Shown piece after piece: positions 10,615-19,106 of a stretch of DNA of 64,000 nucleotides (its first letter is position 1; each line of letters opens with the position of its first letter). Below the pieces are notes generated by a model, which worked only from the letters and a program-made list of their open reading frames with translations, did not search any database and had not been told where the DNA came from. Both the position numbers and the translations under genes were made by a program. Source of the DNA: Eubacteriales bacterium (lineage in GTDB: Bacteria; Bacillota; Clostridia; Oscillospirales; CAG-382); contig JAZNUB010000059.1 in the NCBI GenBank assembly GCA_045592105.1, positions 5,691 to 69,690 of the forward strand. Reading direction: 5' to 3'.

Positions 10615-10660
10615 CTCTTATTTTATCATACAAAAATTAGGAATGTTCTTTTGTTTTATC

Positions 10661-10853
10661 CCGACTTTCGTCGGAGTGATATTATTGCCTTACAGCAATA
10701 GTGATATTGAAACCTTGCGGTTTCAGTGATATTTTATTCGCGCCAAAACTGCCGAAGGCAATATCACTCGGCGTTAGCCGAATACCACTGCGAAGCAATA
10801 TAACTCGCCTAAGGCGAATAAAACTGGCCAAGTACCCTTGCGGGCACTTGGCC
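10661..10853. repeat. hairpin-linker array A: 8 variable mini-hairpins separated by AGTGATATT (x3) and then ATATCACT-like linkers (x4)
   Basis: Read directly from the sequence; see the findings for unit coordinates. It shares modules with the arrays at 38058-38168 and 43304-43380. Confidence 0.8.
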
Positions 10854-10875
10854 TAAAAGGCAACTTTATTTTTTA

Positions 10876-11090
10876 GGTTTACCCGCCGGGCCGTGGCCCA
10901 TGAACGAAACCCTGCTCTTAAGCAAGGGTGGTGACCTCTCCTAAGCTTTGTGCTCCCAACGTCCGCACAGCGCGGTGACAAAGCAGCGCGCGGGCGGGAG
11001 GTCTGCATTCCTACGTTAGGAATACGGTCTCCTCTTCGTAAATGTGGGTTTTTACACGGGAACAACACGCACCAAGCAGGAAAAACCTTA
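10876..11090 (-). ncRNA. candidate structured RNA of unknown class (GC-rich, helix-dense, non-coding)
   Basis: Local GC is roughly 58% with no credible ORF. There are several nested helices, for example GACCTC/GAGGTC enclosing GCTTTGT/ACAAAGC and CCGC-gctgt-GCGG; ATTCCTA-acg-TAGGAAT; and GGGC-cacg-GCCC. On the minus strand it is followed by the strong hairpin 10826-10853 (GNRA loop GCAA) plus AGUUUUAUU. Strand and boundaries are uncertain. Confidence 0.3.
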
Positions 11091-11120
11091 TGTTCAGATT
11101 ATTTGCAAAGCAAGGGGCAA

Positions 11121-11459
11121 TTATTCGCCCTCTTCCTCGTCATCTCCCTCAAGCTCATCCAAATCCAAATCGCCGAAAACCTGATCCTCAAACACTTCAG
11201 CCACGTTTTCAAACTCATCGTCATCGTCTATCGTAACGTAAACATCCTCACCGTTCTCATCACGGTCTTTTTTAAGTATTACATACTCACACTCATCACT
11301 TTCGATAGGCATAAACGCGATATACTCGCACCCATCAATCTCAAGCCTGCCGATAATTTCAAACGGGCTTTCATTCCCATCCTCATCAATAAGGAAACAA
11401 GTTTCGCCCTCAAGCTCTTCAAAGTTTTCAGCCATATTTTCAGCCATTTGCAAACGCAC
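11121..11459 (-). CDS. DUF1292-family small acidic protein
   Basis: About 108-112 aa with the typical DUF1292 core (..CFLIDEDGNESPFEIIGRLEIDGCEYIAFMP..YVILK..) and an acidic tail. The start is uncertain (GTG 11459, ATG 11447 or 11435; none has a clear SD). Confidence 0.8.
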   Translation of the reverse strand: MRLQMAENMAENFEELEGETCFLIDEDGNESPFEIIGRLEIDGCEYIAFMPIESDECEYVILKKDRDENGEDVYVTIDDDDEFENVAEVFEDQVFGDLDLDELEGDDEEEGE

Positions 11460-11696
11460 GGCACAGATAATCTGCCGCGCCCTCCCTTCGGTAAAAATAG
11501 CAACAATGCTTACAAGCCAATTGTAACAAACCCGTTAGAAATTGTCAATAGCTTTTACCCATTTTAATATGCACAGCCCCCACTTTTATGTACTTTAAAT
11601 CGACAAGCAAATGGCAATTCGTCAAAACGTATGTTCGTGTTGCGTTAAAACCAACAAAAAGAAACAAATTTTTTTGTTAAAAATATGCAAAACCTC

Positions 11697-11725
11697 TTGA
11701 AAATGTTATGCAAAACGATTATAAT
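11697..11725 (+). promoter_or_regulatory. sigma-70-type promoter TTGAAA-17-TATAAT upstream of the PucR-like regulator
   Basis: TTGAAA at 11697-11702, a 17-nt spacer, and TATAAT at 11720-11725. Confidence 0.5.
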
Positions 11726-11787
11726 GTATACTGTTATTCAATGTTTGAATGTGCAAAATGATTAGTATTGGATGGAGGCTCTTTTTT

Positions 11788-12876
11788 ATGAAGCTATATC
11801 AAGGCATAATTCACCAAATGAAGGATGCGGTAGACCGTGTTATCGGCGTAATTGACGACCGTGGTACAGTTATCGCCTGCAGCCAGCTAACGCGCATTGG
11901 TGAGTCCAGAAAGGCCGCTTTAGAGGAGATATCTTATTCCTTTGATAGCGTTACGTTTGATGGCTATACCTATAAGCCTATTGGGACGCACTCTCATATA
12001 GAGTACATAGCTTTTGTTGAAGGCACGGATAAAACCGCTTTCAGCACTGTTTCCTTGCTTTCCGTATCCTTGGCGAACATAAAAACGCTTTACGATGAAA
12101 AATATGATAAAACAAGCTTTATCAAAAACATCATACAGGATAACATTCTGCCCGGTGATATTTATATCAAAAGTAAGGAGCTTCGCTTTGATAACGAGAT
12201 AAACAGGGTTATCTTCCTTGTTCGTTTCGTAAACCGTGGCGAGGTTGTTCCGTTTGACGTGGTGCAGAATATGTTCCCCGACAAGAATAAGGATTACGTT
12301 ATAAGCGTTGGCGAGAATGACGTTGTTCTGGTTAAGGAGCTTAAAAACACGCCTGCTTCCCGCATCAACGAGGTTGTGGAGGGGATAGCTAAAACGATAG
12401 TTGATACCTCACAAACGGAGTTTTTGACCAGCGTTGTTGTAGGTATAGGCACGGTTGTTTCCAATATTAAGGACCTTGCGCGCTCCTTTAAGGATGCACA
12501 GATAGCAATAAGCGTTGGCAGCATCTTTGAGCCTGAAAAGAACACCGTAAACTACGAAAATCTCGGTATAGGCAGGCTTATATATCAGCTTCCTGCTACT
12601 CTTTGTGAAATGTTTTTGCAAGAGGTATTTAAGCGCGGCTCGCTTGAGGCGCTTGACAGAGAAACGTTGGTTACGATACAGGCGTTCTTTGAAAACAACC
12701 TTAACGTTTCCGAAACCTCAAGAAAGCTGTTTGTTCACAGAAACACGCTTGTTTACAGGCTTGAAAAGATTAAGAAGCTAACAGGGCTTGACCTGCGTGA
12801 GTTTGAGCACGCCATCACCTTTAAGGTAGCGTTGATGGTTCAGAAATATGTGCAGTCCAGGCCGCAAAGCTATTAA
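11788..12876 (+). CDS. PucR/CdaR-family transcriptional regulator
   Basis: ATG at 11788 with GGAGG 9 nt upstream. The C-terminal PucR HTH reads ..NVSETSRKLFVHRNTLVYRLEKIKKLTGLD.. Confidence 0.8.
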   Translation: MKLYQGIIHQMKDAVDRVIGVIDDRGTVIACSQLTRIGESRKAALEEISYSFDSVTFDGYTYKPIGTHSHIEYIAFVEGTDKTAFSTVSLLSVSLANIKTLYDEKYDKTSFIKNIIQDNILPGDIYIKSKELRFDNEINRVIFLVRFVNRGEVVPFDVVQNMFPDKNKDYVISVGENDVVLVKELKNTPASRINEVVEGIAKTIVDTSQTEFLTSVVVGIGTVVSNIKDLARSFKDAQIAISVGSIFEPEKNTVNYENLGIGRLIYQLPATLCEMFLQEVFKRGSLEALDRETLVTIQAFFENNLNVSETSRKLFVHRNTLVYRLEKIKKLTGLDLREFEHAITFKVALMVQKYVQSRPQSY

Positions 12877-12904
12877 GCTTTAGCGCGCTATACGGAGGGA
12901 CTTT

Positions 12905-13591
12905 GTGATGATAGAATTTCAAGACGTTTCTATGGTCTATTCAAACGGCACCTCTGCTTTAAACGGCGTAAACCTCAAAATAGAGGATGGCGAGTTTGTT
13001 TTTATCGTTGGCAAATCGGGCGCGGGCAAAACCACGCTTACAAAGCTTTTGATGCGTGAGGAAAAGGTTACGGGGGGCCGTTTAACGGTTGATAACTTCC
13101 GCCTTGACAAAATGCCGCGTAGAAGGATTCCGCATTTGCGCCGCACAATGGGTGTTGTTTTTCAGGATTTTAGGCTTTTCCCAAACAAAACCGTTTATGA
13201 AAACGTTGCATTTGCAATGCGCGTTGTGGGCGAAAAGAATTCCGTTATCAAACAGCGCGTGCCGTTCTTTTTAAATCTTGTGGAGCTTACCGATAAGGCA
13301 GACTGTTTTCCCACGGAGCTTTCGGGTGGTGAGCAGCAGCGTGTTGCCTTTGCGCGCGCTATTGCAAACAACCCCAAAATGGTTATTGCCGACGAGCCTA
13401 CGGGAAACGTTGACCCTGAGATGAGCAAGGACCTTATGGATTTGCTTTTGCGTATAAACAAGCTTGGCAAAACCGTTATAGTTATCACGCACGACCACTA
13501 TTTGGTAGATCAGTACAAAAAGCGCACGCTTACCATAGAGGATGGGCAGATAATTAGCGACAAAAACGGAGGTGTGGTTTATGAAGCTTAG
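12905..13591 (+). CDS. ftsE: cell-division ABC ATPase FtsE
   Basis: 228 aa with Walker A GKSGAGKTT, signature LSGGEQQRV and Walker B VIADEPT. It is followed by ftsX. The start is GTG 12905 or ATG 12908. Confidence 0.93.
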   Translation: MMIEFQDVSMVYSNGTSALNGVNLKIEDGEFVFIVGKSGAGKTTLTKLLMREEKVTGGRLTVDNFRLDKMPRRRIPHLRRTMGVVFQDFRLFPNKTVYENVAFAMRVVGEKNSVIKQRVPFFLNLVELTDKADCFPTELSGGEQQRVAFARAIANNPKMVIADEPTGNVDPEMSKDLMDLLLRINKLGKTVIVITHDHYLVDQYKKRTLTIEDGQIISDKNGGVVYEA

Positions 13592-14492
13592 AAACTTACC
13601 GCATCTTATCGGGCAGGGCTTTATAAGCTTTTGGCGTAACGGCGTTATGACAACGGCGGCAATCCTTGTGCTTATCTGCTGTATGCTGGTGCTTGGCTCG
13701 TTTTACGCGGTTGTTGATAACCTAAGCGCGTTTATAGATAACGCGGAAGACGAGCTTAAGACCATCAACGCTTACGTTTATGCTCCAGTTAGCCAAGAGC
13801 GTGTGGACGAGATAATTGAAGAGCTTGATGCGCTTGTGGCAAAAGAAGGCTCTAATATAACGGGCTACGAGCATGTCACCAAGGACGAGGTGCTTAAGCT
13901 GATGGCGGAAAAGAGCGAAGATATGGCGGCAGTGCTTGAAAAGTTCGATTCCACTAACAACCCTATGCCCGAAACTTTTTATATAAAATTTGAAAGCTTT
14001 GAAGAAGTTCAGCCCCTGCTTCGTGATTTAGAGATGATTTTCGGCGATAATATGAAAAGCGAGGTTGATGCCTACGAAAGCCTTAAAAACTTGCGCTCCA
14101 CAGCGGCAATGATTGGGCTTTGGCTTATGGCGATATTGCTTATAGTTGCAGTTCTTGTAATTATGAACACCGTTAAGCTAACGGTGTACGCACGCCGTAA
14201 GGATATTGCAATAATGCGCTATATCGGCGCAACCAGCACCTTTGTTGTTACCCCTTTTATTGTTGAAGGCGTTATAATAGGCGTTGTTTCCACAATTATT
14301 TCCTGCGGCTTGCAGTTTTTCCTTTACAACAACGTTATTACAGATCTTATAAACGACTATGCGGCACTAAAGATAAGCCTTGTGCCCGCTATGGACTATT
14401 TCCCTATCATTCCCTTGGCGTTTTTAGGCGTTGGTTTATTTGCAGGCGTTGTTGCAAGCGCAATATCCGTAAAGAAGCATCTGAACGTATAA
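13581..14492 (+). CDS. ftsX: cell-division permease-like protein FtsX
   Basis: ATG at 13581 with GGAGGTG upstream, overlapping the ftsE end. One TM segment, a large extracellular loop, then 3 C-terminal TM segments (FtsX topology). Confidence 0.9.
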   Translation: MKLRNLPHLIGQGFISFWRNGVMTTAAILVLICCMLVLGSFYAVVDNLSAFIDNAEDELKTINAYVYAPVSQERVDEIIEELDALVAKEGSNITGYEHVTKDEVLKLMAEKSEDMAAVLEKFDSTNNPMPETFYIKFESFEEVQPLLRDLEMIFGDNMKSEVDAYESLKNLRSTAAMIGLWLMAILLIVAVLVIMNTVKLTVYARRKDIAIMRYIGATSTFVVTPFIVEGVIIGVVSTIISCGLQFFLYNNVITDLINDYAALKISLVPAMDYFPIIPLAFLGVGLFAGVVASAISVKKHLNV

Positions 14493-14525
14493 TGCGCGCC
14501 GTTCCCCCTAAGAAAGAGGTTTACT

Positions 14526-15746
14526 ATGCTTAAAAGAACTATACTTGTTTTGATGTGCTTTTGCCTGTGCATACCGTTTGCGGCAAGCGCGCCCTACCGC
14601 GAGGTAACGGAAGTAACCGCCGCAAGCAACACCACCATTAATCAGGACAAGCAACAGCTTGCAGAGCTTCAAAACAAGCTTAACAACATTAAAAACAACC
14701 TTTCCGAGCTGGAAAAGGACAAGCAGAACAGTAACACGCTTACGCAAACCCTGCTTGAAGAAAAGATACAGCTTGAGAAAGAGTATACACTTATAAACGA
14801 TCAGGTTAATACTATATCCGATATCATAACGGGCTATAATTCCATAATCGAAACTGCGGAAACGGACCGCGCCAAGATGGAAGCGAATCTTAAAAAGCAG
14901 CTTGACGATTTTGGTATCGTGCTTGTAGAGCTTTACAAGAATGGTGACGATTCTAAATTTGAGATATTTTTAAGGTCGGACAGCTATTATTCCTATATCT
15001 CCTACGTTGAGTATATGGAGCAGATACTTAAAAGCAGCGATATGATGATAGAGGATATAAAGGCCACTATCGCCGGTATAGAGCAGCGCAAGCAGGACCA
15101 TGAGGAAGCAAAGGTTAAGCTTGAGGAAAAGATGGGCGAGCTTGAGGTTGCGAAAAAGGAGCTTGAAACCAAGGATAAAGAGCTGGACGAAAAGCTGGGC
15201 GAGGAACGCGATAAAATAGAGTTTACGGACAAAGAGAAAGAAGAATATAAGAGGCAGGAAGAAGAGCTTTTAAAGGACATACAAAAGCTACAGCAGCAGA
15301 TAAAGGATAAGCTTGCCGCATCTTACACAGGCTCCTTCTCTTGGCCCTTCGCTTCTAACGTAAGCTATTGGATATCCTCCCGCTTCGGCATAAGAACGGA
15401 TGGCCCCTTCACCTCCTACGAGCATCACAACGGCTTGGACATTGTTTGTGCAAGGTACACGCCTATCCGCGCGGTTGACAACGGCATAGTAACCTACGCA
15501 GGCAACCGCGGCGCGTTTGGTAACGTTGTGTTTGTAGAGCATGACGGTGGCTTAACCACCATCTACGCCCATTGTGACAGCTTGCTTGTTACCGCAGGTA
15601 CAAAGGTATTAAAGGATCAGGTTATAGCAAGGGTTGGCTCCACGGGGCAATCCAGCGGCTACCATCTGCATTTTGCAGTTCAGAAGAACGGCGTTTACGT
15701 TGACCCTGAAAAGTATTTGCCTCCCGTATACACAAAGGGCTATTAA
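14526..15746 (+). CDS. secreted coiled-coil + M23 peptidase (EnvC/PcsB-like, FtsEX-associated hydrolase)
   Basis: Signal peptide, roughly 230 aa of heptad-rich coiled coil, and a C-terminal M23 motif HNGLDIV...DNGIV...GSTGQSSGYHLHF. Confidence 0.88.
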   Translation: MLKRTILVLMCFCLCIPFAASAPYREVTEVTAASNTTINQDKQQLAELQNKLNNIKNNLSELEKDKQNSNTLTQTLLEEKIQLEKEYTLINDQVNTISDIITGYNSIIETAETDRAKMEANLKKQLDDFGIVLVELYKNGDDSKFEIFLRSDSYYSYISYVEYMEQILKSSDMMIEDIKATIAGIEQRKQDHEEAKVKLEEKMGELEVAKKELETKDKELDEKLGEERDKIEFTDKEKEEYKRQEEELLKDIQKLQQQIKDKLAASYTGSFSWPFASNVSYWISSRFGIRTDGPFTSYEHHNGLDIVCARYTPIRAVDNGIVTYAGNRGAFGNVVFVEHDGGLTTIYAHCDSLLVTAGTKVLKDQVIARVGSTGQSSGYHLHFAVQKNGVYVDPEKYLPPVYTKGY

Positions 15747-15765
15747 TCAATACGGGGTTTAACTA

Positions 15766-17031
15766 ATGGACAATAACAATTTCGATTTGCAGGAACAGCC
15801 AACGGAAAAGCAAGCAAGGCTTGTTAAGCTAAAAAGCGTTGTTGCCTTCGGGCTTGTTATTTGCTTTGTGTTTGGCTTGGTGCTGTTTATCCTTTCAAGC
15901 AACGGCTATATACGGCTTGGGCGCGGCAACAGCACGCCGCAAAGCGCGATAGCTGATACCAACAACAGGTTTACAGAGGTTTGGGCGCTTCTTGAAGGGC
16001 AGTATATAGGCAAGCTTGATACGGAAGTGATGACTGCCGAGGCGTTAAAGGCGTACGTTCACGCACTTGGCGACCCGTATACGGAGTATATGGAAAAGCC
16101 GAAGGCAGAAGGCTTTATTAACGGTGATTACGGCAAGAAATCGGGTATAGGCGTAAAGATATTTGAATCCACACAGCCGGAGGGCATATATATAAAATAC
16201 GTGTTTCCGTCCTCCCCTGCGGAAAAGGCAGGGCTGTTATCAAACGATATCATCACCGCGGTAAACGGCACGGTTGTAACGCACGAGAATTACGGACCAT
16301 CCATAGATATGATAGCGGGCGAGGCGGGCACCACCGTTTCGCTAACGGTACAGCGTGGGGACGAGGTAAAGGATTTTGCGGTTGTGCGCGGAAGCTACAC
16401 CGTAAGCCCTATCGAATACAGGCTACTTGAGGGCGAAAACGGCATTGCATACATCCGTATAGACGGTGTTTCCAGCAACTCCGCTTCCCTTTTAAAAACT
16501 GCAATAGAGGCACTTAAAAAGCAGGGCGCGGCGGCGTATATCTTTGACGTGCGAGATGACGGCGGCGGATACCTTAACGAGGTAACCTCTATGCTGGATA
16601 TGCTGTTACCTGAAGGGCCTATAGTGCGCTACACGCACAAGGGCGAAGCGCAGGAGAGGGTGAACAACTCGGACGCGGCTGTTATCGTGGAAGCGCCGAT
16701 GGCTGTGCTTATTAACGGCAACACCGCCTCTGCGGCAGAGCTGTTTGCCGCCGCTTTAAGTGACTATAAGCTGGCAACTCTTGTTGGAGAAAAAACCTTC
16801 GGAAAAGGCGTTATACAAACGCTTTACCCGCTAAAGAATGGCGACTATTTAAAGATAACAACGGGGGAATATTTCCCGCCGTTCAGCGATAATTTCCACG
16901 GGGTTGGCGTTAAGCCCGATATAAGCGTATCGCTTCCCGATGGAAAGTACTATCATCAGCTAAGCGAAAAGAACGATACACAGCTTCAAGCCGCAATAAA
17001 CGCGCTTGAAGAAAAGCTTTCCGCAAACTAA
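15766..17031 (+). CDS. S41-family C-terminal processing peptidase (PDZ domain)
   Basis: 421 aa with an N-terminal TM segment, a PDZ region (..PAEKAGLLSNDIITAVNG..) and the S41 catalytic block (..NGNTASAAELFAAAL...GEKTFGKG..). Confidence 0.9.
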   Translation: MDNNNFDLQEQPTEKQARLVKLKSVVAFGLVICFVFGLVLFILSSNGYIRLGRGNSTPQSAIADTNNRFTEVWALLEGQYIGKLDTEVMTAEALKAYVHALGDPYTEYMEKPKAEGFINGDYGKKSGIGVKIFESTQPEGIYIKYVFPSSPAEKAGLLSNDIITAVNGTVVTHENYGPSIDMIAGEAGTTVSLTVQRGDEVKDFAVVRGSYTVSPIEYRLLEGENGIAYIRIDGVSSNSASLLKTAIEALKKQGAAAYIFDVRDDGGGYLNEVTSMLDMLLPEGPIVRYTHKGEAQERVNNSDAAVIVEAPMAVLINGNTASAAELFAAALSDYKLATLVGEKTFGKGVIQTLYPLKNGDYLKITTGEYFPPFSDNFHGVGVKPDISVSLPDGKYYHQLSEKNDTQLQAAINALEEKLSAN

Positions 17032-17091
17032 GCGAGACGGCGGAGGCTTAACAAACAAAATGTCCCGCAAATAAAATACGAGGTGTTTATT

Positions 17092-17559
17092 ATGGCAAAA
17101 CAGGTATTTGTATCACAAGAAGGCTTTGAAAAAATGCAGGCGGAGTTTGAGTATCTCAAAACCGTTAAGCGCGAGGAAGTTAAGGCGGCTATCAAAAAGG
17201 CAAGAGAGTATGGCGACCTTTCCGAAAACAGCGAGTACGACGAGGCTAAAAACGAGCAGGTTGAGGTTGAAACCCGTATAGCCGAGCTTGAGGAAAGCCT
17301 TAAACACATAGTTATTATTGATGACAAAAACATTAAAACCGATGTTGTAAGCTTTGGTAGCAAGGTTAAGGTTTTAAGCGGCGATGTAGAGTCGGAATAC
17401 ACAATAGTAGGCTCTACCGAAAGTGACCCCTTCAGCGGCAAGATTTCCGATGAATCCCCTATAGGCAAGGGTCTTTTGGGTATGCGTCTTGGCGAGGAGA
17501 AGGTTATAGAAACCCCTCGCGGCAATATTACCATACAGGTTGTAGGTATATCCAGATAG
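17092..17559 (+). CDS. greA: transcription elongation factor GreA
   Basis: ATG at 17092 with GAGGTG 6 nt upstream. Typical GreA sequence (..AREYGDLSENSEYDEAKNEQ..; C-terminal ..SPIGKGLLGMRLGE..). Confidence 0.95.
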   Translation: MAKQVFVSQEGFEKMQAEFEYLKTVKREEVKAAIKKAREYGDLSENSEYDEAKNEQVEVETRIAELEESLKHIVIIDDKNIKTDVVSFGSKVKVLSGDVESEYTIVGSTESDPFSGKISDESPIGKGLLGMRLGEEKVIETPRGNITIQVVGISR

Positions 17560-17584
17560 TTTAAAGCGTTAAGGAGAATTAATA

Positions 17585-19084
17585 ATGGACGAATTGCAAA
17601 ACAACATACAGCAGCCCGAAGAAGAAACTATGGGCGAGCAGATGTTGCTTAGAAGAAATAAGCTAAAGGCACTAAAGGAAGCAGGCAAGGACCCGTATAC
17701 CATAGTGCGTTACGACCGTACTGCGCTTGCCGCTGATATAAAGGCAAGCTTTGAAGAGCTGGACGGTAAGGACGTTTCCATAGCAGGCAGAATTATGAGC
17801 TGGCGCGATATGGGCAAGGCAAACTTTGTGGACCTTTTGGACGGTAGCGGCAGAATCCAGCTTTATATCAAGATGGACGATGTTGGCGAGGAAGCTTTTG
17901 CTCAGTTTAAAACCTGGGATATCGGTGATATCATCGGCGTTAAGGGCTTTGTTTTCCGTACCAGACGCGGCGAGATAAGCGTTCACGTTAAGGAGCTGTG
18001 CCTGCTTACAAAATCGCTTAATCCCCTGCCCGAAAAGTGGCACGGGCTTACCAATACGGATACCCGTTACCGTCAGCGCTATGTTGACCTTATAGTTAAT
18101 CCCGATGTTAAGGATACCTTTATAAAGCGTTCCAAGATAATAAGCTCTATCCGCAAGTACCTTGATAACCAAGGCTTTATCGAGGTTGAAACGCCTATGC
18201 TTGTTTCCAACGCGGGCGGTGCCGCTGCAAGGCCGTTTGAAACCCATTTCAACGCGCTTAATGCAGACCTTAAGCTTCGCATATCCTTAGAGCTTTATCT
18301 GAAAAGGCTTATAGTAGGCGGCATAGAAAAGGTTTACGAGATAGGCAGAGTTTTCCGTAACGAAGGGCTTGATACCCGCCATAACCCCGAGTTTACGCTT
18401 ATGGAGCTTTATCAGGCGTATACCGATTATCACGGTATGATGGATCTTACCGAAAACCTTTACCGCCACGTTGCCCAGGAGGTTTTAGGCACAACCAAGA
18501 TTAGCTACAACGGCATTGAAATGGATCTTGGCAAGCCCTTCGAGCGTATTACTATGGTGGATGCGGTTAAGAAGTATTCCGGCGTTGATTTTGCAGAGGT
18601 AAAAACGCTTGAAGAAGCGCGCGCCATAGCTAAAGAGCACCACGTTGAATATGAGGAGCGTCACTCCAAGGGTGATATACTTAATCTTTTCTTTGAAGAG
18701 TTTGTGGAGCATCATCTGCTTCAACCCACCTTCGTTATGGATCACCCCGTTGAAATATCTCCGCTAACTAAAAAGAAGCCCGATAATCCCGATTACGTTG
18801 AACGCTTTGAGTTCTTTATGAACGGTTGGGAAATGGCAAATGCGTATTCCGAGCTTAACGACCCCATCGACCAAAGGGAGCGTTTTGCCGCGCAAGAGGA
18901 ACAGTTTGCCAAGGGCGACGAGGAAGCAAACCACACGGATGAGGACTTCCTTAATGCTTTAGAGATAGGTATGCCCCCAACGGGCGGTATAGGCTTCGGC
19001 ATAGACCGTATGTGTATGCTTCTCACCGATTCCGCCGCCATCCGCGATGTGTTGCTTTTCCCCACGATGAAGTCACTTGATTAA
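17585..19084 (+). CDS. lysS: lysine--tRNA ligase (class II)
   Basis: 499 aa with class II motifs (..FRNEG.D..HNPEFT.ME.Y.., [14 protein letters not shown]). Confidence 0.97.
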   Translation: MDELQNNIQQPEEETMGEQMLLRRNKLKALKEAGKDPYTIVRYDRTALAADIKASFEELDGKDVSIAGRIMSWRDMGKANFVDLLDGSGRIQLYIKMDDVGEEAFAQFKTWDIGDIIGVKGFVFRTRRGEISVHVKELCLLTKSLNPLPEKWHGLTNTDTRYRQRYVDLIVNPDVKDTFIKRSKIISSIRKYLDNQGFIEVETPMLVSNAGGAAARPFETHFNALNADLKLRISLELYLKRLIVGGIEKVYEIGRVFRNEGLDTRHNPEFTLMELYQAYTDYHGMMDLTENLYRHVAQEVLGTTKISYNGIEMDLGKPFERITMVDAVKKYSGVDFAEVKTLEEARAIAKEHHVEYEERHSKGDILNLFFEEFVEHHLLQPTFVMDHPVEISPLTKKKPDNPDYVERFEFFMNGWEMANAYSELNDPIDQRERFAAQEEQFAKGDEEANHTDEDFLNALEIGMPPTGGIGFGIDRMCMLLTDSAAIRDVLLFPTMKSLD

Positions 19085-19106
19085 TCCGCCAAAAGAATAG
19101 ATCGAT

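Noticed and set aside
10150-10631. 10-nt direct repeat TTATTTTATC (10150-10159 and 10618-10627) flanking the four-helix-bundle gene as a possible target-site duplication
   Set aside because: It is AT-rich and low-complexity. The left copy is simply the U-tail of the pepF terminator and the right copy overlaps the gene's RBS region. This cannot be distinguished from chance without comparative data.
10661-10853. Possible CRISPR array (regularly spaced short repeats)
   Set aside because: The repeated unit is only 7-9 nt and the intervening segments are 9-28 nt self-complementary hairpins. Repeat orientation flips mid-array, and there are no cas genes in the window. This does not fit CRISPR geometry.
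10920-10945. T-box-like string AAGGGTGGTGACCTCTCC
   Set aside because: It only partly resembles the T-box consensus (GGGTGGTACCGCG). There is no specifier-loop or stem I architecture, and no downstream aminoacyl-tRNA synthetase or amino-acid gene on that strand.
11000-11040. Group II intron domain V-like 34-nt hairpin (GAGACCGTATTCCTAACGTAGGAATGCAGACCTC, minus strand)
   Set aside because: It lacks the AGC triad position, the 2-nt bulge geometry and a GNRA tetraloop. There is no intron-encoded RT or other intron domains nearby.
10876-11090. Identification as SRP RNA, 6S RNA, RNase P RNA, tmRNA or a common riboswitch
   Set aside because: The diagnostic motifs are absent or in the wrong order (AAGCAGC precedes GGAGGTC instead of following AGGUC). 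No long 5'/3' closing stem as in 6S could be drawn. It is left as unclassified.
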